Shown: positions 1 to 6,390 of the stretch, piece after piece | Layout: each line of letters opens with the position of its first letter | Numbering within the stretch: position 1 is the first letter of the stretch | IMG/VR virus record: IMGVR_UViG_2706794698_000008 | Length of the DNA stretch: 6,390 nt | Source: a virus | Lineage: Duplodnaviria; Heunggongvirae; Uroviricota; Caudoviricetes | Strand: one strand, 5' to 3' | Program-made: the position numbers and the translations under genes | The notes under the pieces: model-generated | The model's input: only the letters and a program-made list of their open reading frames with translations | What the model was told of the DNA's origin: nothing | The model's database searches: none

Positions 1-1
1 A

Positions 2-814
2 GATAAGACACGGCATCAGTACATGGCTGAATTTGGTGAACAGGTGCTGGTATTTTCCAAAGCCGATATTGCTAGTCGTTTTGACGAAGCCGATAATTTT
101 AGTGACCGCCGCTCAATTTTTTACGCCCGTAATGCCTGTTTCGACCAGGCAAAACTGGTCGGGTGTAAATACTTCATTCAGCTCGATGATGATTATCACG
201 AGTTCCAGTTTCGGGTGGATCGCAACTATGACCAGGCCTATTTCCCGATAAGGAAACTGGATGAGATCCTTTCTGAAATGCTTGCGTACTACGAATCAAT
301 ACCTGCTCTTTCCATCGCTATGTCGCAGGGCGGGGATTTTCTTGGTGACAATGGCGGCCATGCTTCGTGGGTGAAACGCAAGGCAATGAACAGCTTTATC
401 TGTTCGGTTGATCGACCGTTCTCATTCATGGGGCGCATTAACGAGGATGTGAATACGTACACGAATCTCGGTCGCTGTGGTGAATTGTTTATGACGATCG
501 GTGCTGTCCAGTTAGGGCAGAAACAGACGCAGAAAAACAGCGGCGGAATGACCGAGCTGTATCTGGATTCCGGAACCTACGTTAAAAGTTTTTACTCCGT
601 CATGTATGCGCCGTCGTGCGTAAAAATCTCACTTATGGGTGCCAGTCATAAACGCATTCACCATCAGGTCACCTGGAACAACGCTGCAGTAAAAATCCTT
701 CACGAAAAATACAGGAAGAAGACACCCTGCATATCAATGGGGGTGACAAATGATTCCGTATTCGAAAGTCGAGTCTCTGGCAGCGTGCCGGATGACTGCA
801 CAACAAATCGCTGA
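2..814 (+). CDS. Putative GT-A fold (family 2-like) glycosyltransferase, 5'-partial; function tentative
   Basis: Open frame runs from window edge (no in-frame stop upstream of first ATG at 23, and no Shine-Dalgarno before 23), stop TGA 812-814. Translation contains ARNACFDQAKLVGCKYFIQLDDDY, resembling the GT2/GT-A pattern ARN..G...A.G.Y(I/L).(F/L)D.DD (hydrophobic strand followed by DxD). The DxD sits only ~56 aa after the first in-window Met, so the N-terminus probably lies upstream. Motif-level evidence only. Confidence 0.45.
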   Translation, partial: DKTRHQYMAEFGEQVLVFSKADIASRFDEADNFSDRRSIFYARNACFDQAKLVGCKYFIQLDDDYHEFQFRVDRNYDQAYFPIRKLDEILSEMLAYYESIPALSIAMSQGGDFLGDNGGHASWVKRKAMNSFICSVDRPFSFMGRINEDVNTYTNLGRCGELFMTIGAVQLGQKQTQKNSGGMTELYLDSGTYVKSFYSVMYAPSCVKISLMGASHKRIHHQVTWNNAAVKILHEKYRKKTPCISMGVTNDSVFESRVSGSVPDDCTTNR

Positions 815-1001
815 CGTTCTGGATGTTGATCTGAACCGACTGAAAGAAAATCGGGAAGCAATGACAGATTTTTATGCGGCCATCCGTAAGGGCAGAGCGA
901 AAGGTGAAGCCGAGTTACGAGCGGCATTGTTTAAGCTTGCCAGAAAAGGGGATGCCTTTGCTCTGCGCGAACTACTCAGGGTGGATAAAAATCAGGACTA
1001 A
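750..1001 (+). CDS. Small HTH DNA-binding protein (83 aa), function unknown; possibly packaging-associated
   Basis: ATG 750 preceded by GGGGGTGA (739-746); stop TAA 999-1001, 3 nt before the terS start. Predicted HTH at TAQQIADVLDVDLNRL followed by a basic helical region. Alternative start ATG 792 (69 aa) is possible. Overlaps the 3' end of the upstream ORF by 65 nt in another frame. Confidence 0.5.
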   Translation: MIPYSKVESLAACRMTAQQIADVLDVDLNRLKENREAMTDFYAAIRKGRAKGEAELRAALFKLARKGDAFALRELLRVDKNQD

Positions 1002-1004
1002 CTG

Positions 1005-2099
1005 ATGAGCAGACCGGACTGGGGGGCGTTGCAGCAGGAGTATATTGCTGAATACACCCGCTCCGGTATATCTCCGGTGGCATGGTGTGAAGCAAGGGGA
1101 CTGAATTACGCAACAGCCCGTCGTTACATCAAAAAAACTCCGAAAAATGCGCAGACAGAAATGTGCAAAACTGCGCAAAAAAGTGCGCAGAAAAAATCTG
1201 CGCAGACTGCACAAAAGCGGAACGAAAAATCTCAGGAAAAAAAGCCAGTATTCGATGCGGGCCTGAATGAGGGCGACGCGGAGGAATTTTCGTTCTGTCC
1301 CGATGAATTCGGCATTTCTGACCAGCAGGCTAAGTTTGCGATGCTTGTTGCTCAGGGTAAAAAGCCGACAGAGGCGTACCGACTAGCCGGTTATGAGGGG
1401 CAAGGTGCGACAGCTAACAGCAACGCCAGTCGTATGCTTAGAAATGCCAGGGTTTTTCGCGCTATCAGCTACTTCCGCAATCAGTACCAGAAACGCTATA
1501 CCGCAGACCTGGATTTACTAGTGAGTCAGTTGATGGCTATTGTCCTGGCCGACCCCAATCAGCTTGCACAATTTCGCCGTGTTAACTGCCGTTATTGCTG
1601 GGGCGAGAATCATCTCTACCAGTGGCGCGATATAGCAGAATTCGACAAGGCAGCGGCGCAGGCTTCCAGAGATGGCAAACCCGAACCGGAATATGGAGGC
1701 CTCGGCTTTGTTGATAACGCCATACCCAATCCGGACTGCCCGAAGTGCTGCGGTGAGGGAACGGGACAGCTTTATATGGCTGATACCACTCTGCTTGATG
1801 GGGATGCGCGGCAATTATATGCAGGGGCAAAATTCGGAAAATTCGGCGTTGAGATCCTGCTGGAGGATAAGGCTGCCGCCCGGCGTGAATTGTTGCGTTT
1901 GTTTTCTGCTGGCGGGGCTTTATGTGCAGATAAGCGGCTACGGGAACTGGAAATTGAACGGCGCAGAATGGAAAACCAGAAGCTGCGCAAAGAGATCGAA
2001 ACGGTGGAAGATAATGAACATCCCCAGCCTGTGGCGATCAATATTAATGTGGTTGATGCCAGAGTAAGGAGTGATGAAGATGATCTCTCCGACGCTTAA
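1005..2099 (+). CDS. terS: Terminase small subunit (Terminase_2 / P27-like DNA-binding domain), atypically long at 364 aa
   Basis: ATG 1005 with AGGA (994-997) 7 nt upstream. The segment ISDQQAKFAMLVAQGKKPTEAYRLAGYEGQGATANSNASRMLRNARV matches the terminase small-subunit HTH signature (..Q..F...Y......A...AGYS...A......LL....V). Also an N-terminal transposase-like HTH, a K/Q-rich linker, a CxxC...CxxCC motif, a coiled-coil region and an acidic tail. Sits immediately upstream of terL. Confidence 0.85.
   Translation: MSRPDWGALQQEYIAEYTRSGISPVAWCEARGLNYATARRYIKKTPKNAQTEMCKTAQKSAQKKSAQTAQKRNEKSQEKKPVFDAGLNEGDAEEFSFCPDEFGISDQQAKFAMLVAQGKKPTEAYRLAGYEGQGATANSNASRMLRNARVFRAISYFRNQYQKRYTADLDLLVSQLMAIVLADPNQLAQFRRVNCRYCWGENHLYQWRDIAEFDKAAAQASRDGKPEPEYGGLGFVDNAIPNPDCPKCCGEGTGQLYMADTTLLDGDARQLYAGAKFGKFGVEILLEDKAAARRELLRLFSAGGALCADKRLRELEIERRRMENQKLRKEIETVEDNEHPQPVAININVVDARVRSDEDDLSDA
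1148..1213. repeat. Cluster of palindromic hexamer TGCGCA (4 exact + 2 one-mismatch copies in 66 bp) inside terS
   Basis: Exact TGCGCA at 1148-1153, 1172-1177, 1184-1189, 1199-1204; variants TGTGCA 1162-1167 and TGCACA 1208-1213. Spacing 9-15 bp. Coincides with the Ala-Gln repeats of the terS linker (NAQT..TAQKSAQKKSAQTAQK). Confidence 0.65.
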
Positions 2100-3367
2100 T
2101 GTGCCTCAGGCGCGATTTCTNNNNNNNNNNNNNNNNNNNNNNNNNNNNNNNNNNNNNNNNNNNNNNNNNNNNNNNNNNNNNNNNNNNNNNNNNNNNNNNN
2201 NNNNNNNNNNNNNNNNNNNNNNNNNNNNNNNNNNNNNNNNNNNNNNNNNNNNNNNNNNNNNNNNNNNNNNNNNNNNNNNNNNNNNNNNNNNNNNNNNNNN
2301 NNNNNNNNNNNNNNNNNNNNNNNNNNNNGTATCGGGGAACCACTATCTGCAGATCGATGGAGAAGCCACAAACGATCGTCGGTTTCAAAATTGGTAATGC
2401 GTTGGTGGATGAACTGGACATTTTGCCGAAGGAAAAAGCCAGAACGGCGTGGCGCAAGATAATTGCACGTATGCGTTATAAGATTGATGGACTTCGCAAC
2501 GGTATTGACGTTACAACCACGCCGGAAGGATTCAAATTTGTCTACGAGCAGTTTGTTAAAGCCGTGCGTGAAAAAACAGAGCTGGCCTCACTGTATGGTC
2601 TGGTGCAGGCATCTACTTTCGATAATGAAAAGAACCTGCCAGCAGATTACATTCCTTCGCTTCTTGAATCATACCCTCCAGAGCTGATTAAAGCCTATCT
2701 TCGAGGACAGTTTACTAACCTGACAAGTGGTACTGTTTACCATCAGTTTGACCGGAAACTGAATAATTGCGAAGAAGTGGAGCAGCCAGGGGAGCCGATT
2801 TATATTGGGATGGATTTTAACGTTGGAAAGATGGCGGGAATCGTCCATGTGCTGCGTTTGGGGCTTCCATGTGCGGTAACTGAAATCATCAATGCCTACG
2901 ATACGCCGGATATGATCCGCATCATTAAAGAACGCTTCTGGCTGTATGATGGGAATGATTACNNNNNNNNNNNNNNNNNNNNNNNNNNNNNNNNNNNNNN
3001 NNNNNNNNNNNNNNNNNNNNNNNNNNNNNNNNNNNNNNNNNNNNNNNNNNNNNNNNNNNNNNNNNNNNNNNNNNNNNNNNNNNNNNNNNNNNNNNNNNNN
3101 NNNNNNNNNNNNNNNNNNNNNNNNNNNNNNNNNNNNNNNNNNNNNNNNNNNNNNNNNNNNNNNNNNNNNNNNNNNNNNNNNNNNNNNNNNNNNNNNNNNN
3201 NNNNNNNNNNNNNNNNNNNNNNNNNNNNNNNNCAGGTCTGGGATGAGAAGGGGGAGCCTGATAAAAAATCTGGCAATGATCACCCGAATGATGCCGGAGG
3301 TTATTTCATCGTTAAGCAATTCCCTATTGTCAAACCGACCGGAAGAGTCACATCACTTCGGATTTAA
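2099..3367 (+). CDS. terL: Terminase large subunit (ATPase + nuclease), interrupted by two N-masked blocks; start uncertain
   Basis: Frame-2 ORF with ATG 2099 overlapping the terS stop (TAATG). Visible motifs: Walker B-like NALVDELD, terminase ATPase C-motif VTTTPEG, nuclease-domain start IYIGMDFNVGKMAG and C-terminal NDHPNDAGGYF acidic motif. Walker A is presumably inside the 2121-2328 N block. Position between terS and portal fits. Confidence 0.85.
   Translation: MCLRRDFXXXXXXXXXXXXXXXXXXXXXXXXXXXXXXXXXXXXXXXXXXXXXXXXXXXXXXXXXXXXXXXXXXXXXXYRGTTICRSMEKPQTIVGFKIGNALVDELDILPKEKARTAWRKIIARMRYKIDGLRNGIDVTTTPEGFKFVYEQFVKAVREKTELASLYGLVQASTFDNEKNLPADYIPSLLESYPPELIKAYLRGQFTNLTSGTVYHQFDRKLNNCEEVEQPGEPIYIGMDFNVGKMAGIVHVLRLGLPCAVTEIINAYDTPDMIRIIKERFWLYDGNDYXXXXXXXXXXXXXXXXXXXXXXXXXXXXXXXXXXXXXXXXXXXXXXXXXXXXXXXXXXXXXXXXXXXXXXXXXXXXXXXXXXXXXXXXXXQVWDEKGEPDKKSGNDHPNDAGGYFIVKQFPIVKPTGRVTSLRI
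2121..2328. other. N-masked block (208 nt) inside terL 5' region
   Basis: Run of n characters; content unknowable from this window. By position it should contain the terL Walker A motif. Confidence 0.99.
2963..3232. other. N-masked block (270 nt) inside terL nuclease-domain region
   Basis: Run of n characters; the terL frame is the same on both sides. Confidence 0.99.
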
Positions 3368-3369
3368 TT

Positions 3370-4791
3370 ATGGCTGATATATCAACACCCAACCTCGACT
3401 ATAACGATATGCTGGAGGCGTGGGATATTAACGACGCACTGATGGGCGGTACGCTTGAAATGCGCAGGCAGGGGGAAAATTATCTCCCAAAATGGCCTAA
3501 CGAAGATGAAGACGCTTATAAAAAACGCCTGTCTGTGGCTACGCTACTTCCTGTGTATGAAGAAAGCATCAAGCAAAATATTGGGCGCATATTTGCAGAG
3601 CCGACAGTATTGAGTGAGGAAACGCCGGCAAAAATCAGGGAATATGCAGANNNNNNNNNNNNNNNNNNNNNNNNNNNNNNNNNNNNNNNNNNNNNNNNNN
3701 NNNNNNNNNNNNNNNNNNNNNNNNNNNNNNNNNNNNNNNNNNNNNNNNNNNNNNNNNNNNNNNNNNNNNNNNNNNNNNNNNNNNNNNNNNNNNNNNNNNN
3801 NNNNNNNNNNNNNNNNNNNNNNNNNNNNNNNNNNNNNNNNNNNNNNNNNNNNNNNNNNNNNNNNNNNNNNNNNNNNNNNNNNNNNNNNNNNNNNNNNNNN
3901 NNNNNNNGTATAAAAGAGGTCATCATTATTGATGGTGATGATTTCGGGCAGAAGAAGGTGGAGCAGATCCGCCATATTATGCCCCGTCGAGTTGAAATTT
4001 ATCGACGTAGCGAAGGCACTAATGGCGAATCTGTCTGGACGCTTCATGAGTCATGGAATACCAGCCGTGATGATATTCCTCTGGTAACACTGTACACGAA
4101 GAAAACAGGATTTATGCGTGGTACACCGCCATTGCTTAATCTTGGCTTGCTGAATATCAAGCACTGGCAAAGCCAGAGCGAGCAGGACAATATTCTTCAT
4201 GTTGCCCGCGTTCCATTGCTGGTGGCCTACGGGCTGGACAGGAATGAAGAACTGACGGTTGGTGCATCCACCGCTACGATTTTTGAGGACAGAACAAAAA
4301 ATGGCCTCGAATATGTTGAACATAGTGGCGCAGCGATAGAATCTGGCGAAACATCACTTGAGAAGCTGGAAAATCAGATGCGTCATGCCGGCGCTAAACT
4401 TCTGCGTGCTGAAAATACATCCACCAAATCTGTTGATCAGACTAATGAAGAGCGAATGCAGGAAAACTCGCCGCTTTATACAATGGCGAACTCCCTCGAA
4501 GATGCCCTCGATAATATTCTCCAGATAATGGCGGAATGGATCGGAGAGAGTTGCGGTGGCAATGTGGATGTGCGCACTGAACTGGATGTATCTGCCCAGG
4601 TGTTTGACTCATCCTCCGCGCTGGCTGTTCAGTCATTGCGTCAGGGCGGTGATATACGTCAGATTGATGCGGTTCGGGTGTTGCAGGCGTTGAAATTTAT
4701 CGATCAGGATTCCCGTCCAGAGGAAGTGATCGATGAATTAAAAAATCAGAGTGTAATGCTGATGGAAATCAATGATGCAAACCGTGAATGA
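3370..4791 (+). CDS. Portal protein (473 aa), central part N-masked
   Basis: ATG 3370 lies 2 nt after the terL stop (TAA 3365-3367); stop TGA 4789-4791. Size and position (terL - this gene - Mu F-like gene) are those of a portal. Assignment is by synteny and overall character, not a specific catalytic motif. Confidence 0.75.
   Translation: MADISTPNLDYNDMLEAWDINDALMGGTLEMRRQGENYLPKWPNEDEDAYKKRLSVATLLPVYEESIKQNIGRIFAEPTVLSEETPAKIREYAXXXXXXXXXXXXXXXXXXXXXXXXXXXXXXXXXXXXXXXXXXXXXXXXXXXXXXXXXXXXXXXXXXXXXXXXXXXXXXXXXXXXXXXIKEVIIIDGDDFGQKKVEQIRHIMPRRVEIYRRSEGTNGESVWTLHESWNTSRDDIPLVTLYTKKTGFMRGTPPLLNLGLLNIKHWQSQSEQDNILHVARVPLLVAYGLDRNEELTVGASTATIFEDRTKNGLEYVEHSGAAIESGETSLEKLENQMRHAGAKLLRAENTSTKSVDQTNEERMQENSPLYTMANSLEDALDNILQIMAEWIGESCGGNVDVRTELDVSAQVFDSSSALAVQSLRQGGDIRQIDAVRVLQALKFIDQDSRPEEVIDELKNQSVMLMEINDANRE
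3651..3907. other. N-masked block (257 nt) inside portal gene
   Basis: Run of n characters; the portal frame is continuous across it if the masking is one-for-one. Confidence 0.99.
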
Positions 4792-5887
4792 ACGGCTGCG
4801 TGATGAATCAATTGCTCATGCAGTCTGGATATCCCGCTATAGCACTGGCGTGGCTGCCAGAATGGTGAAAATACTGAATGACAGCGATGCGGAACTTACT
4901 GCTCGCCTGCTGATAGCACTGGACAGCCTCGATCCAGGTAGTTTTACCGTTAAGCGCCTGGAGTCACTTCTGGCGAGCGTCAGAGAGGTTAACCGCACTG
5001 CTATTAACAGCATGTTTACCAGTCTCTCCGGAGAGCTGAACGAGCTGGCAATTTATGAGGCTGGTTATCAGTTAAGTCTGTTTGATTCTATGCTACCTGA
5101 TTTTGTTGCTGATGTTCACCCTCTGGTTGGTATCTCTCCTGATGCACTTTATGCCGCTGCAATGGCGCGACCATTCCAGGGACGACTGCTCAGTGAGTGG
5201 GCCTCAGATCTTGAGGCGGATCGGCTCAGACGCATAACAAATACAGTGCGTCAGGGTTTTTTGCTGGGGGATACCAATGAGCAGATCGCAAGAAAAATTC
5301 GGGGACATGTCAGTAAGGGATTTCAGGATGGTGCATTGCAGATGAGCCGGGCTAATGCGGCCAGCATTGCAAAAACAGCGGTTGGACATCTTGCTGCTAC
5401 TGCCCGTGAGAGTTTTGCCAGCGCGAATAATGATTTGATTAAGGGTAAGCAATGGTTATCAACGCTTGATAATCGTACTACGCCACAATGTCGAATCAGG
5501 GATCGCCTCAAATATACGCTGAATAATAAACCTGTAGGTCACAGCGTGCCTTATTTGCAGGGGCCGGGAAAAATTCATTTCTGCTGCCGCTCAACGGAAA
5601 CGTTCATTCTGAAATCAGCGAAGGAACTGGGTATTGATGTTCGCGATATTTCCCCGGCTGAGCGGGCCAGCATGGATGGCGTGGTGGCCGGAGATACAAC
5701 CTACAGGGAATGGTTTTTGCGTCAGCCTTACACCAGACAAAAACAGATTGTGGGGGAAAGCCGAGCAAAGCTGATTCGGGATGGTGGTATGTCGCCAGAT
5801 GAATTTTACACCGATAAAGGCGAATGGCTGACGCTGAAGCAGCTCCGTGAGCGTGATGCACAGGTATTCAGAAAAGCAGGGATTTAA
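4772..5887 (+). CDS. Head morphogenesis / minor head protein, phage Mu F / SPP1 gp7 family (371 aa)
   Basis: Starts ATGATG at 4772, overlapping the portal 3' end by 20 nt; stop TAA 5885-5887. Contains TTPQCRIRD and KIHFCCR (H at 5576-5578, CC at 5582-5587), matching the conserved H-x-x-C-R-C motif of the Mu F family. Position directly after portal is canonical. Confidence 0.85.
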   Translation: MMQTVNERLRDESIAHAVWISRYSTGVAARMVKILNDSDAELTARLLIALDSLDPGSFTVKRLESLLASVREVNRTAINSMFTSLSGELNELAIYEAGYQLSLFDSMLPDFVADVHPLVGISPDALYAAAMARPFQGRLLSEWASDLEADRLRRITNTVRQGFLLGDTNEQIARKIRGHVSKGFQDGALQMSRANAASIAKTAVGHLAATARESFASANNDLIKGKQWLSTLDNRTTPQCRIRDRLKYTLNNKPVGHSVPYLQGPGKIHFCCRSTETFILKSAKELGIDVRDISPAERASMDGVVAGDTTYREWFLRQPYTRQKQIVGESRAKLIRDGGMSPDEFYTDKGEWLTLKQLRERDAQVFRKAGI

Positions 5888-5907
5888 ATAAATCATTTAT
5901 TACAACA

Positions 5908-5933
5908 GGCTACCTTCGGGTGGCCTTTTTTAT
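5908..5933 (+). terminator. Rho-independent terminator: 8-bp stem, TTCG tetraloop, T-tract
   Basis: AGGCTACC (5907-5914) pairs with GGTGGCCT (5919-5926), 7 Watson-Crick pairs plus one G-U, loop TTCG 5915-5918, followed by TTTTTTATT. Lies 21 nt after the stop of the head morphogenesis gene. Confidence 0.6.
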
Positions 5934-5991
5934 TGCTGCGATCCGGATGGTGAGCAGCGTAACTGTCGGAAGACTTAAACCAGGTACTAAT

Positions 5992-6390
5992 ATGAAACTG
6001 AAAACGGTCGAGATTAACGGAAAACAATACGCAGAAATTGATACTGCTGGCCTGCCAGTTTATGTGCACGACGATGGTAAAGAAATTGGCTTCGATGCAC
6101 CGCTGGCGACAAAAAAAATTACAGAGCTTAATGGCGAGGCAAAAAATCATCGCCTGGCTAAAGAAGCTGCAGAGGAAAAACTGGCTAAGTTTGCCGCTAT
6201 CGAAGACCCGAAGAAGGCGATCGAGGCACTGGAAATGCTGTCAAAAATCGACCAGAAAAAGCTGCTCGATGCGGGACAGGTTGACCAGGTTAAGGCAGAA
6301 ATTACGAAAAATTTTCAGCAGCAATTAGATGAAGAAAAGCAACGCTCTCAGATGCTGGAGAAGCAGCTTTACGATTCTATGATTGGCGGT
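5992..6390 (+). CDS. Scaffold-like / minor structural protein (possibly GP20-like), 3'-partial (133 aa in window, no stop)
   Basis: ATG 5992, frame 1, open to the window end; it is absent from the ORF track only because it has no stop. Translation MKLKTVEINGKQYAEIDTAGLPVYVHDDGKEIGFDAPLATKK... then a K/E/Q-rich helical region, typical of scaffolding proteins that precede the major capsid gene. No clear Shine-Dalgarno upstream. Confidence 0.55.
   Translation, partial: MKLKTVEINGKQYAEIDTAGLPVYVHDDGKEIGFDAPLATKKITELNGEAKNHRLAKEAAEEKLAKFAAIEDPKKAIEALEMLSKIDQKKLLDAGQVDQVKAEITKNFQQQLDEEKQRSQMLEKQLYDSMIGG

Noticed and set aside
33-251. Alternative + frame ORFs (33-251, 1672-2067, 2463-2687, 6038-6328)
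   Set aside because: Each lies inside a better-supported gene in another frame and translates to compositionally odd peptides; no independent evidence.
1518-1830. Minus-strand ORFs of 82-98 aa (1518-1814, 1582-1830, 1772-2041) inside terS
   Set aside because: Antisense to a coherent, motif-supported + strand gene; no start context; translations are low-complexity and Arg/Ser-rich, typical of spurious antisense frames.
1829-1846. Tandem 9-bp repeat AAAATTCGG x2 in terS
   Set aside because: Two copies only, encoding KFGKFG; most simply a short coding duplication with no evident regulatory role.
2071-2397. Frame-1 ORF 2071-2397 as a separate gene
   Set aside because: Its readable C-terminal part overlaps the terL body in the wrong frame and most of its length is N. 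Only its first ~14 codons are of interest, as a possible alternative terL start (see findings).
2669-4047. Minus-strand ORFs of 105-216 aa (2669-3319, 2959-3276, 3516-3926, 3544-4047) spanning the N blocks
   Set aside because: Their length comes largely from the stop-free N runs; the readable parts are antisense to terL and portal and show no protein-like features.
5590-5887. C-terminal ~100 aa of the Mu F-like protein as a possible fused toxin/effector domain (as in MuF polymorphic toxins)
   Set aside because: Total length of 371 aa is within the normal range for this family and the tail shows no recognisable enzymatic or toxin motif by eye; not supportable without profile searches.
5934-5991. 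Possible promoter for the scaffold-like gene in the spacer after the terminator
   Set aside because: Only weak -35/-10 resemblances (TTGCTG; TACTAAT abutting the ATG) with unsuitable spacing; not convincing.
1-6390. CRISPR arrays, tRNA/rRNA genes, integrase or att sites, transposon ends
   Set aside because: No spacer-repeat periodicity, no tRNA-like cloverleaf candidates, no recombinase ORF and no terminal inverted repeats were seen; the window is almost entirely protein-coding on one strand.

Overview
This window reads as the DNA-packaging and head-morphogenesis (late) module of a tailed phage or prophage, with every supported gene on the + strand and tightly packed. In order: a 5'-truncated ORF with a GT-A glycosyltransferase-like motif, a small helix-turn-helix (HTH) ORF, an unusually long terminase small subunit (364 aa), terminase large subunit, portal, a Mu F / SPP1 gp7-like head morphogenesis protein, an intrinsic terminator, and the start of a scaffold-like gene that runs off the 3' end. 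Three N-masked blocks (208, 270 and 257 nt) lie inside terL and portal and hide, among other things, the expected terL Walker A region. I do not see a complete, clearly novel system here. The items most worth follow-up are the glycosyltransferase-like gene abutting the packaging genes, a cluster of palindromic TGCGCA hexamers inside terS (candidate pac site), a four-cysteine motif in terS, and an unresolved terL start. All family assignments are from motifs and gene order read by eye; no database search was run.
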